DNA of 48,891 nt, filler included, from Basidiobolus ranarum (lineage: Eukaryota), in NCBI GenBank assembly GCA_040143965.1. It is 2 parts of 2 records of this genome, joined end to end, with 100 filler letters (N's around TTAATTAATTAA, not from the genome) between each part and the next. Parts side by side here need not be neighbours in the genome. Positions count along the whole stretch, not along the records: positions 1 to 24,425 come from JASJQH010007029.1; positions 24,526 to 48,891 come from JASJQH010007030.1. One strand, given 5' to 3'. A program made the position numbers and the translations under genes. The notes under the pieces are model-generated. The model worked only from the letters and a program-made list of their open reading frames with translations, had not been told where the DNA came from and searched no databases. This document shows, in pieces, positions 23,802 through 34,280 of this stretch (position 1 is the first letter of the stretch; every line of letters starts with the position of its first letter).

Positions 23802-24425
23802 TTAAATACTCACTGCATAGGGTATAGACGGGTAGTTTAGAGGATCAGGGTAATCAAGAGCATCGGGATAGCCAAGAGACTCTGGGTAACTTGGTGGATT
23901 ATCTTCATGTATGGCTTCGTACTCAGGTAGCAATTCAATCTCTACAGGTGCAACAGCATTGTGGGTAACACTGCTGCTGATTCTTCGCACAATGCATATA
24001 GGCAATCTAGCTTTTATATGCCTGATTCGACCATCCAATTCAACGGTAATTTTGGTCTGGAGTTGATGTGAGACTTTTACATAGGGAGAAATCGAATCGA
24101 AATGAACATTCTTGTAGGATCTATCTATTCCGAGTGAAAGAGTGCTGGATACTGCGCCTCTGGATATATTCTTGTGAAGAGTACTCACAAATCTATTGAT
24201 GCAGCAATTGACCCCAGTAGGATTATCCTCCGGATCTCTATACGTTGTACTCTCACATACACCTACCCAAATACTGATTAGCTTACAACGGCCACCTCGA
24301 ACGTTATGCTTGAATGTGATAGGAATGGTGTCGCTGGGAATATACTCGTGTTTAGGGATAATTATCTCATAATCAACCATATCCTTCCAGGTGTTTTCAA
24401 TATGAGTGTTGCACACTGCAGACAT
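23802..24425 (-). CDS. Alpha-arrestin, tandem copy 2 (5' part lost in the assembly gap)
   Basis: Colinear with the C-terminal 207 aa of copy 1 (19 substitutions counted). The 3' flank ~23690-23801 also matches ~22140-22251. Confidence 0.8.
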   Translation of the reverse strand: MSAVCNTHIENTWKDMVDYEIIIPKHEYIPSDTIPITFKHNVRGGRCKLISIWVGVCESTTYRDPEDNPTGVNCCINRFVSTLHKNISRGAVSSTLSLGIDRSYKNVHFDSISPYVKVSHQLQTKITVELDGRIRHIKARLPICIVRRISSSVTHNAVAPVEIELLPEYEAIHEDNPPSYPESLGYPDALDYPDPLNYPSIPYAVSI

Positions 24426-24525
24426 NNNNNNNNNNNNNNNNNNNNNNNNNNNNNNNNNNNNNNNNNNNNTTAATTAATTAANNNNNNNNNNNNNNNNNNN
24501 NNNNNNNNNNNNNNNNNNNNNNNNN
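24426..24525. other. Assembly gap with artificial TTAATTAATTAA spacer
   Basis: N runs flank a 12-mer that has stop codons in all frames. Confidence 0.95.
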
Positions 24526-25047
24526 GCGTTTTTCGTTGAAGGACTTGGAGACATGATGAGTGCTCCATTCTTTGCCGCCTTTGCCACTTCAATTCATACC
24601 CTGCTTGCTATTCTCCTTGGCGGACTAACGGCTTTTCTTATGGTTTCTGCTGAGTTTATGTTAATTTCTCGTACCTCAGTCGTAACTCTTTCTGTAGCCG
24701 GTATCTTCAAGGTACCCAAGAGTAATTTTATGATGGGCAATTAGGGAAATTCGAGTCTCTAACTGTTGATTAATAATTTACAGGAGGTTATCACCATTTT
24801 CGTCTCTATCGTCACCTTTGGTGATACAGTAACTGGAGTGAATATTGCTGGCTTATGTGTAACTTTATTTGGTATAGGATTGTATAACTGGCTAAAAATC
24901 CATCAAATGAATCTTAAGAACGCAGACCCAGAATACAGCAAAATTAACCAAGTAGGTCTAGGTGATGATAGAGTGTTTTCCGCCAATGCCACCACTGAAT
25001 GGGATGAAGAAACGTTAGAGATGACTAGAACACGGTGGAATCTCTAA
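24526..25047 (+). CDS. 3' end of a triose-phosphate/nucleotide-sugar transporter family protein (SLC35C2-like); 5' part missing
   Basis: AFLMVSAEFMLISRTSVVTLSVAGIFK|EVITIFVS...GLCVTLFGIGLYNWLK. Intron 24712-24783. Confidence 0.85.
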
Positions 25048-25543
25048 TATTTCACCTCAATTGATATGGAACTTTGGAACATAAATGGATATTCTACGCT
25101 GGGATTTGATTGAATTCTTCATTTATCACCATCTTTGAGTGATACTTCATCACACCCTCCCTATCCTTTTCCCACTCTTTCTCTACTCATCCTCATCTAA
25201 GGGAGTGCTTTGTCACATAACTATAGGACCCCTTTGAACTTTATAAATTCTCCACTAACTACGTATAATATGAATCCGCCTATTGCTTATTTTTTGAGCA
25301 ACATACATGCTTTGCCCCACTTTCCCTTGACTTTATATAAAGTAAAAATATTTATGTACTATACTAGATGCTGCTATTTGTATGTAGATGTAGATGCAGA
25401 TGCTTACAACTCCTCTCAAGCATTCTCTTTAAATCCGCTGTTGTAAGTATTGAAGTGTTTAGGGTTCATCTAAACTGAAATGAATATATCAAGTCACGTG
25501 GCCATAGTTATTTTATGGAACATTGTTATGGTTAGCTAAGAAC

Positions 25544-26122
25544 TGTTGAAGTATTTTGGGAGTTTGTTGGAAGTGGTTTGGAGAACTAGAAGAATTGGTG
25601 GTTTTACTTACTGATTTATTGAGTGGAAAGCTGACATTTATAGTTTTATCAAGGGGTAAACAAACATACTGTTGGATAATTAATCTTTATTCAACATCAT
25701 AGTTAACTTTAGTTATGATACATATATCAGAAACAGAAAGCAACGTATCTATAGCCCCTATATTCTAAATAGGAATATCTCTATATCTATATAACAAGTA
25801 TGTCTTATTACCCCCACTTATCTATTATATCTTATTACACAAACTAAAACACACTATCATAAGTTGCTTCTAATACTCAAAGTCTACCCCCATTATGTCA
25901 AGATCCTCCAACACATACATATAAAATATGTCAAGGAATGTCCCAGGAACATGTGTGCAAAGTTTAGGTTCTTTAGGAAAAGTTCTCAGAATCTATATAT
26001 CTTCAAACTTCTAAGTAAATTCCTCTGGGGAATAGTAGGTGATATCTTTTGTGAAACATGGAATAACTAGATGCTAAGCTATATATGACTCTATAGATGT
26101 TTAGGTTATGTTTATTTCAACA
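25544..26122 (+). mobile_element. Family-1 solo-LTR-like element interrupted by a nested family-2 element
   Basis: TGTTGAA...TTCAACA termini. Colinear with 26184-26512 once 25670-25918 is removed. No flanking TSD. Strand is relative only. Confidence 0.75.
25670..25913. mobile_element. Family-2 solo-LTR-like element, 244 bp
   Basis: TGTTGGA...TCCAACA inverted termini flanked by an exact 5-bp duplication CATAC (25665-25669 and 25914-25918). Confidence 0.8.
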
Positions 26123-26183
26123 GTTAGAGCATCATACTACACTTTTGAAAGATAGAATCGAGAGCAAATAGTTGAATGTAAAC

Positions 26184-26512
26184 TGTTAAAGTATTTGGGA
26201 GCCTGTTGGAAATGGCTTGGAGAATTAGAGAAATTGGTGGTTTTGACTTATTGATTTATTGAGTAGAAAGTTGACATTTATACTTTTGTCAAGATGTAAA
26301 CAAACTAATGTAAAGAATGTGTTAAAAAAGGTCCCAGAAACATGTGTGCAAAGCTTGGGGCCTCCAGCACAAGTTTAAAAAATTTATATATCTGAGAACT
26401 TCTAAGTAAATTCCTCTTGAGAATAATGGGTAATATCTTAGTTCAATATAAGATAACTAAATACGAAGCTATATATGACTATATAGGTGTTTAGGCAATG
26501 CTAATTTCAACA
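26184..26512 (+). mobile_element. Family-1 solo-LTR-like element, 329 bp
   Basis: TGTTAAA...TTCAACA termini. Similar along its length to the reverse complement of 30337-30657. No TSD. Confidence 0.78.
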
Positions 26513-26520
26513 ATTAATCA

Positions 26521-26664
26521 GTGAAAACTATCGATTTCTCTATTTCTCCAAACCACTTCCAACAAACTCCCAAAAAACTTCAACAGTTCTTAGCTAACCC
26601 TAACAATATTCCATAAAATAACTATGGCCACGTGACTTGATATATTCATTTTAGTTTGGATGAA
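26521..26664 (-). repeat. Inverted copy of 25465-~25605 (about 80 bp of non-LTR flank plus the LTR start)
   Basis: Reverse complement reads TTCATCCAAACTAAAATGAATATATCAAGTCACGTGGCCATAGTTATTTTATGGAA...GCTAAGAACTGTTGAAG, nearly identical to 25465 onward. Confidence 0.9.
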
Positions 26665-27550
26665 GAAATCTCAGTCACAGCATATACCTCTTAGCTTCAA
26701 TAATTTCATGCATTCATGTCACTTCTTTTTACCACTCTGTGAAGATTGATTCAACGCAATATTCAATCTGGTTATGTTTGTAGAGCATACAATTTTATAC
26801 CTTGTGAGATCAGTATAGGTATGGCTCTAAGCGGAATCAGCGCACAACCAAGTACATAAAGACGAATACACGTCTCCACACTCTTGGTGCATCCTTCACG
26901 ATCATCTAATTTTTTCCAGTTTTGGTAGCATAATAACTAATTTAATATGGTACACGTGAATACCTCTTGGGTGATGTTCAATGGTTTTGCCTGAAAAAGA
27001 ATTTCCATGTTTCTCTGATTTGTAGTCAAGGAAAACGATGACCCTTGAGTGCGCTTGGCAGTAAACACAGAAGATTATATCTAGAATGATTGGTGACCAT
27101 TTAAGATCTAATAATGGGATGATTCCTGTATACTAGGTAACGCCAATAAGAATCACCAATACTATCACAACCCTAATATGGTCAAGCTGCCGTTAAGTTT
27201 AACTTGAGACTTCGCCACAACTAAAGTTTGTTGGAATACCAATTCACATCTATCCCATTGACTCGAATTAAAATGTAAGTTACTTCACGCTTCATTTGGA
27301 TGTTATTCGAGCTTATATCTGAGAGTTAGTAGCTGTACCAATGGACTTTACGATACGTTAATGATTCAGAATAAAGCTCACAAAACATAAACCACTGGCA
27401 TGGTCGAATATCCGGTACATGAGGGTGTATCATACACTAGTAGGTACATGATAAATTATACTTTATTTACTCGATAGTGTGGTTTAATTAGCTATATATA
27501 TACATTTCGAACGTCGAAATTTCACGAAGGATATGTGGCGGCTTCAACTC

Positions 27551-27787
27551 TTAGTCATCACCAGTAAGCTTCATTACTATATATTTGCATTTCATTGCCA
27601 AACTTCGATGGTATATAGCTTCTTCAATGCTTACGCGACGCCCGTGAAGAGTGTATCTGATTCTGGATGAGTCGGCAAGGCAGCATTGGGCTTTGAGATT
27701 ATGTCTGAGAAGTTGCGTATGGTAGAATTGGTTTACGCTCTCGTGAGCATTCAAAGTACCGTTGAACATGATATTCTGTTGGGTCAT
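27551..27787 (-). CDS. Small protein, paralog 1 of an unrecognised family (78 aa)
   Basis: C-terminal RYTLHGRRVSIEEAIYHRSLAMKCKYIVMKLTGDD. TATAAAA at 27844-27850 (-). AATAAA at ~27462 (-). Confidence 0.75.
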   Translation of the reverse strand: MTQQNIMFNGTLNAHESVNQFYHTQLLRHNLKAQCCLADSSRIRYTLHGRRVSIEEAIYHRSLAMKCKYIVMKLTGDD

Positions 27788-28327
27788 TAGAGTGATTTGA
27801 AAATAGATAAGAAATAAAGAAAAATTCCGTAACTAGTGGGAACTTTTATATCTCTCGATTCACACGGACACTAATGGAAATCACCAACCAAGTTCTCAAG
27901 AGACCACCAGTAAGGTTGAATTTTAGATTGGTTTCGTGTTATTGGTCTTACTTTTTCTATAGCACATTCCATTTATGGATGAATTTTCTTTTATACTTGT
28001 CACGGTAAAGCGCATAACGGATAATCATCACTCATGGTTCAGATTCATTGCTAGAGTTATCTTCGGAATATACAATCCAGTTACCCGTCCATACCGTGAT
28101 GATCATTCAGAGCCATTCGCAACGTATTGTGCGGTTCCCTTCGTGTTACCTGCACTTGATCAATTCGGATAATTTGGCACTAAGTTAAACACTGCCCTAT
28201 TCGAGCGATGGATTACCATCATTAGGCAATACGATTGACAGATTAACTTCACGTTTATTCTTCCAATATGAGACAGGGATAATTAGATATATACAGAGTG
28301 CCTTAATTTAATACTATCGCCGTAGGA

Positions 28328-28603
28328 TCACTCATCACCAGTGAGCTTCATCACTACATATTTCGCTTTCATGGCTAGACTTCGATGATACAACGCCTCC
28401 TCGTTGCTTAGTCGACGCCCACGAAGAGTATAGCTCAGCTTGGAAGGAGCAGCGAGTCGGCTTCGTCGGCCCGGTAGTAGTGATGAGTGATTTTGTTCTT
28501 TAGCGTTGGAACGATGCTTTGTATTATGCTGGCCATAGAAATGGCGGATGTTCTGGTGTTGAACATGATGTGAAATAGAAAGCTCAATTTGTCGATTAGT
28601 CAT
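28328..28603 (-). CDS. Small protein, paralog 2 (91 aa)
   Basis: C-terminal SYTLRGRRLSNEEALYHRSLAMKAKYVVMKLTGDE. TATAAAA at 28661-28667 (-). AATAAA at ~28254 (-). Confidence 0.78.
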   Translation of the reverse strand: MTNRQIELSISHHVQHQNIRHFYGQHNTKHRSNAKEQNHSSLLPGRRSRLAAPSKLSYTLRGRRLSNEEALYHRSLAMKAKYVVMKLTGDE

Positions 28604-29608
28604 GCCCTAAAATGTGATACTCAAGAGACGCGGATGCTGACATGTCAAAGTCAGTATTCCTTTTATAAGATGTACTCATCAATGGATTGACAATCAAGAC
28701 CTTCCCGTGGTCGTACAAGATGGGCGAGCTCATTAATTGCATTGAGGAATCTTCCAAATATGGAGCTATCCATCCCTCACGACGTCATGGTTTCGTAAGA
28801 GCGGACGTAGTGAGCTAATCGTGCAGAGAACAAAAAAACTAACGGAAAACCGGCTTCGTATGTAGCAAAGTCTCTCTCAAAGATCCCAATCAGTGATCCT
28901 AATGGATACAAGTATTGTTTTCCCTGATCATTTGGCTTTCTTCAAAGAAACGTGACATCCAGTAGATTTCGCGAGCAAATGAATCATAGATGCCTGTAGC
29001 TCGAATTGCTATTAGTGGTCCTTTGCATCCTGGAGCTACCCAATCACATGCGCAGCCTGTTCAAACAGGTATCAGAAAATCCCCATAGGGACTCAACATC
29101 AAACCGATTGCTCGTATGTTCATAGGCCACACTCTTATCATGCAAATGTTCTAAAATACTGAGCTAAAGCTAGCCTAAGTGGTCTGAGGGTTAAACTATG
29201 TTTTCTTTGCCATCCTATTGCACTCGTAACCGAAAGCAATCTGACCCATTCGCTACCGAAAAGAAGCGAAACTTTAGCCAAGCTATCACCATAAGCATGT
29301 CGGAATTAGTACCGATAATGAGCAGCTACCCCTAGCTCATCACTAGGAAACTAGCCAAGGTTTTACCTGAGAACGAATACATGGGCAACATTACAATTAA
29401 GTGACTGTCATGCCAAGAAAACGATTGGTTTTTGTTCGAAGAACAAAAGCAATCATCACCTTTGCTGAAAGAACTGTACGACTTGCGTATTTTAGCGTGA
29501 ATCCAATTTTTGTCACTATAATTCTTATGAAGTCCGCTCCTTCGTATAAAATCCCTACCCTTTCATCTTTTGGAACACCATCTTTCAGTGTAGCCGGCTG
29601 TCTCAATT

Positions 29609-29857
29609 ATGACCAAAAGTGATATATATCTCCAAGCCTCGCTTTCTACTGCCCATCAAAGCCCCCACCAATCATATGGTCAACTTGAGCAAAAGAGCCT
29701 TGCATCGCCGCTAACTACTCAGATGAATGATATCGACTTACTAAAGGTCAAATATACTCTTCGTGGACAATCCTTAAGCGTAGAGGAGGCCATGTACCAT
29801 CGGAGGCTAGCGATGAACTACAAATTTATCATGATGAAGCTTACGAGAGAAACATAG
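29609..29857 (+). CDS. Small protein, paralog 3 (82 aa)
   Basis: C-terminal KYTLRGQSLSVEEAMYHRRLAMNYKFIMMKLTRET. TATAAAA at 29545-29551. AATAAA at 29909. Confidence 0.75.
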   Translation: MTKSDIYLQASLSTAHQSPHQSYGQLEQKSLASPLTTQMNDIDLLKVKYTLRGQSLSVEEAMYHRRLAMNYKFIMMKLTRET

Positions 29858-30336
29858 GATCCAGAACTATGTATATGTACACAACTTTTGACACTCAATC
29901 CACATTAGAATAAATTGTAACACTTATCATTCAACCTACATATCCATTCTAGATCATTTTCCAAATCTGATCAAGATCGTGTTAGCTGCATATTTTTTGT
30001 TTAGGAATTGTTAATATTAGGTTTGTGAGTCATACTGGGTTTCAGCATATGAGGTACACAACGGGTTAGCTAGATGTAAAGACCACTGTCGCGGGACATT
30101 GCAATTCCAGTTTACACAACTATGATATATAATGGAATGTTCAGATGTGGGAGAGAACAAATTACTGCTGTTGTAAAGCTCAGGATTCATTGCAAAAGTT
30201 GCATTTTCATTTGTACACCAAGTTAAGGTGAATGCTTTGTAAAGGCTACCATCATCTTGGTGCTAATAAACATCATGATATGTTAAGAAAAGTTAGCTCA
30301 GTGAGAGCAATTGAATTCAGTGTAATAAGTGCTTAC

Positions 30337-30657
30337 TGTTGAAATTAGCATTGCCTAAACACCTATATAGTCATATATAGCTTAGTACTTAGTTATCTTA
30401 TAATTCACCAAGATATTATCCATTATTCTCAATCGGAATTTACTTAGAAGTTCTCAGATATATAGATTTTTCAAACTTGTGCTAGAAGCCCTAAACTTTG
30501 CACACATGCTCCTGGGACTTTTCTTAACATATTCTACACATTAGTTTGCTTACATCTTGGCAAAAATATAAATGTCAACTGAACACTCAATAAGTGAAAA
30601 CCACCAATTTCTCTAATTCTCCAAACCACTTCCAACAGGCTCCCAAATACTTTAACA
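30337..30657 (-). mobile_element. Family-1 solo-LTR-like element, 321 bp, with intact TSD
   Basis: TGTTGAA...TTTAACA termini, with the 5-bp direct repeat CTTAC on both sides. Confidence 0.85.
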
Positions 30658-32803
30658 CTTACTATATATCTCTTCACTATCCTAAATTCTTCCTAGCTGT
30701 TCTTCAGTATTTAAAAGCTTGGTGCCATTTGAATCTGACTCAAATAGAAAATTGAGCTCTTTTTTCTGATTATGTATGTCGTTTCTGTAAGAACGAGCAC
30801 TTTCACGCACTGGAAACATTAGCTACTACTTCTTTATTCTAACCACCTACTGGTGACATTATTCGATGCACTTGAAAAAATCATCTATATTACAACACTT
30901 TTCGTAGTATTTAAGTAATGTCCTCAGAGTAGATATATCAACAAGACACCATCAAAACTTCACCTTTACCACTACATACATATTAAACTAACAGTGAGGG
31001 AATATTCTCATATATGTTGCTCAAAGTTAAACATATATTGAAGCTTGCAAGGGAAAACCTTTATGTTATGGCTGGAATGACATAACGTTGTGTATATATT
31101 TCAAGTGGCCAGAAGAGTATAGCTTAGACACCAAAAGTATAAGTGCTCAGATAGACAAATATCATCGATATACGTTTGAGTACCTACAATATCCAAATAT
31201 TCTAAGCCTCTATAGCCCATTCCCCAATCCAGGCATTTCCATAATACATCAGCATGGCTCCTCTTCATCCTTCATAAATGGAAGAATTAACATCGCTAAA
31301 TCTTGATTTCAATTATTCCCTTAAAGTAAAACTGATACACTTCCATATACACACATACTCGCACACTGGTATACACTCCGTAAGCATGAATAGATTAAAA
31401 TCACTTAGTGATTTGTGCAACCAATGTTGGAACACCCAAAATTAGTCGCACATCTCAAGGGAGATCTTTGTTCTTTTGGTAACATTTGTACCATATCGAA
31501 GAGTACTAAAATTTAATGGCTAAGAATAACTATGTATACAACGGAAATCTTTCATTAAGTGGCTTATTTCCAATCATTATTTAGTTTCATTTGGTATGAT
31601 TTATGGGGGAAGAGGGTAATTCTCCCATAAGATTCCCCACAAAAATAACTGACAAATTAGATGCTAGTATTATCTAGTTGAACTGTGGTCCATGTCCATT
31701 TCCCAACTGGAAGAGCCTTTGAGTCCTAGAGTAGACAGCTTGAGCTAGGTATGTTCAGGCGGTGAAATAGGGAAGCAGTCTATATGATTGCTTCCTTCCA
31801 CTCGTCATACTACATGAGTTCCAGGTTAGCAGCAGGTCCACTGCATTCCTCCTAATCAGTATATTCTCCACCGAATATTAGACGGGAAGCTCGTATGGTT
31901 CGATACAAATGAATGACTCTAGTATGAATTCATTGTGCAACATCAACACCAAAGGCCGTTGTTGGTTGCTGGATTCACCCACCCCATCAGAAACAAGTAT
32001 TTCAATGTCTCAGTATCAACATTGAATTTTGGCTATGAATCTATTTATAGATACGTTGAGTGGTGAGATCAAGTTGATCTGTAGAATCTTTCAAATTAAT
32101 GAAGTACAAATTCTATTGGAGTTTACACAAGGAGAATGGAGAAATTCTTTACAATCTTAATGATTGTCACTCTAAGCGTCTCCTCACTTCACACAAGAAA
32201 TTTTGGAATCACTTCATTAGTTGGAATATTCGTACGACATTCAGTACATTATCGGTGGCAATTAGGGAAATCCTTTCGAGACCCAGACATTCAACCTGTT
32301 GTCTGTGCAAGTAAAATGAATATGGTATGCATGGAGACAGTGGGTTTCTTGTCATTTTCAAGAAGAATGGCAGAGCAAACGTAAAAAACGCCATATGAAT
32401 TTAAATAGATCTTCCAAAGTTGGCCTATTAATTCTGAATGATACTTCCTAATGCAAAACAAGAGGCTTTATAATCAATCGAACGTTGGCCAAGAGAAGAA
32501 AATCGAACAAAATGCCAAAAGTAAGGCAAGATTATGGAAATGTTGGGTAAAGGTAAATATGAAATAGGAAAAGAGATAGAAAGATTTAAAAGTAGCAAAA
32601 TAACATAGAGTTATCAAGTAAACATTACTATATATCTTCAAAAAAAACATTATTTATCCTAGCAGTGGTGCGAAGGGAGTAGCTGTTCGCAAATGGAATT
32701 TTCATGAAGGTACAAATATGAACTGGGGTAAATCAAAGTAGTGTATCAAGGATATAGATGAATGGCAAATTATGCGTTGGTCACGATTCAGGTGAAAGAA
32801 AGA

Positions 32804-34280
32804 TCAACGACAGATGACCATACAAGGAGCAAAGATAGAGGTTGCAATACTATACCACCATGAGCTATTTTCTGCAGGAAGATAGGCCGGAGTGAGGTCG
32901 GCAGATATGGGTAATTTACACATAGGACAAGTGCCAGATTTGGTGGTCAACCAAGGATCAATACACTCTACGTGGTAGTAGTGACAGCAGGGTAGCTCAC
33001 GGACTTCATCGCCATCGTTGAAATCATCCAAGCATATTGGGCAAACGCTTTGGGCTGTTTCTTCATCTTCCGATTTAAATGGAGGAGGTGAAAGCATATT
33101 TTGAGGATCGTAAGCTGGTGGAGGTTCCATTACAACAGTACATTGATGGTTGATGTTATTCTTCCCATGGGAGGAGCGAGTACGTAGTTCCCCACTAGGA
33201 TGCCAGACCTTGACAGGGAATTTGTTTAGAGCGCTCTTATGAATAACCATCATCTCGGTACCATCAGGAATGTTGTTTCGAAGAGCATAATTACGACGAA
33301 GTCGGTAAAGATGACAATGCATGGCCACTACAAGTGGCGGGTGTTAGTAGCAGTTTTGATGACTGTAATTGAACCAATAGAACTTTACCTGATATGGCCA
33401 AAGACAGAAAGAGAAGCACAACCACAATGATGAGAGTAAACTCCCATACACTGGGATATGATTTTTCACTTGGTTGCATTGTGAACCTGATTTGCTTTTT
33501 GAGAGTATTCACGTTACCGGTAGACTGTTGGCTGTCTAAGATGTCTTGGGCCATCTGAACGCCTTTGTCAGAGGAAACAACGAATACGGGGATAACAATA
33601 GGGATGGAAAAATGAACGTCATTCAGGCTAATATCATCACCATTTGTGGAGTAAATGATAGCACCCAGTGCTTGATCATTTTGGGCACGCATAATTTTCC
33701 AATCAAGAGTACAGTTGCCCAACGGCACTAAGGCAATTCGAGTATATCCGGTATGTGCACTACTATTTGATGACTTAGAGGTTGGTAAGCCTTCACAAGG
33801 AACATCGAGGACGTATCCGATACCCTAAATCCAAAACAAAGTTAAGTTAAGGTTCTTGGTGACTTGATGATAATTAGATATGGGAGATATTTATGCCGAT
33901 CCACGGACATTCAAGTTATTAGCCGAATATACAGGACAAAGAGAATAAGATAATTCGTATTATGAGTACTGAAGGGATAAACTTAGCGTTGTAGCAGTCT
34001 GAGTAAACTTCATTACCTGTAAATCCTTATCATTTAAACCTGCTGTATTGGGGACAACACGAACACCAGAAGTGATATCACTGGGAGTAATAGTCTTGTC
34101 AACAGAAATATGATTGGTGTTGGTGTCGATAAAAACAGTCTCTTCATGTATACTAGGGTTTTTCCCACCAAACAAACCAGCAGATGTCAACTGAAAGTGG
34201 AAACAAACCAACAAGAGACCAACAATAGACAACCAGCGCCTGGTTGACCACCCAGTGGTCGCTATACTTGGTAAATACAT
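32804..34280 (-). CDS. PA-TM-RING-H2 E3 ubiquitin ligase (RNF13/RNF167/GRAIL-like), 3 exons
   Basis: Signal peptide, PA-like RIALVPLGNCTLDWKIMRAQNDQALGAIIY, TM FTLIIVVVLLFLSLAISVAM, RING-H2 CPICLDDF...LPCCHYYHVECIDPWL...CPMC. Introns 33825-34016 and 33328-33388. Confidence 0.9.

Noticed and set aside
24470-24481. Palindromic TTAATTAATTAA island inside the N run
   Set aside because: Artificial scaffold spacer, not biological.
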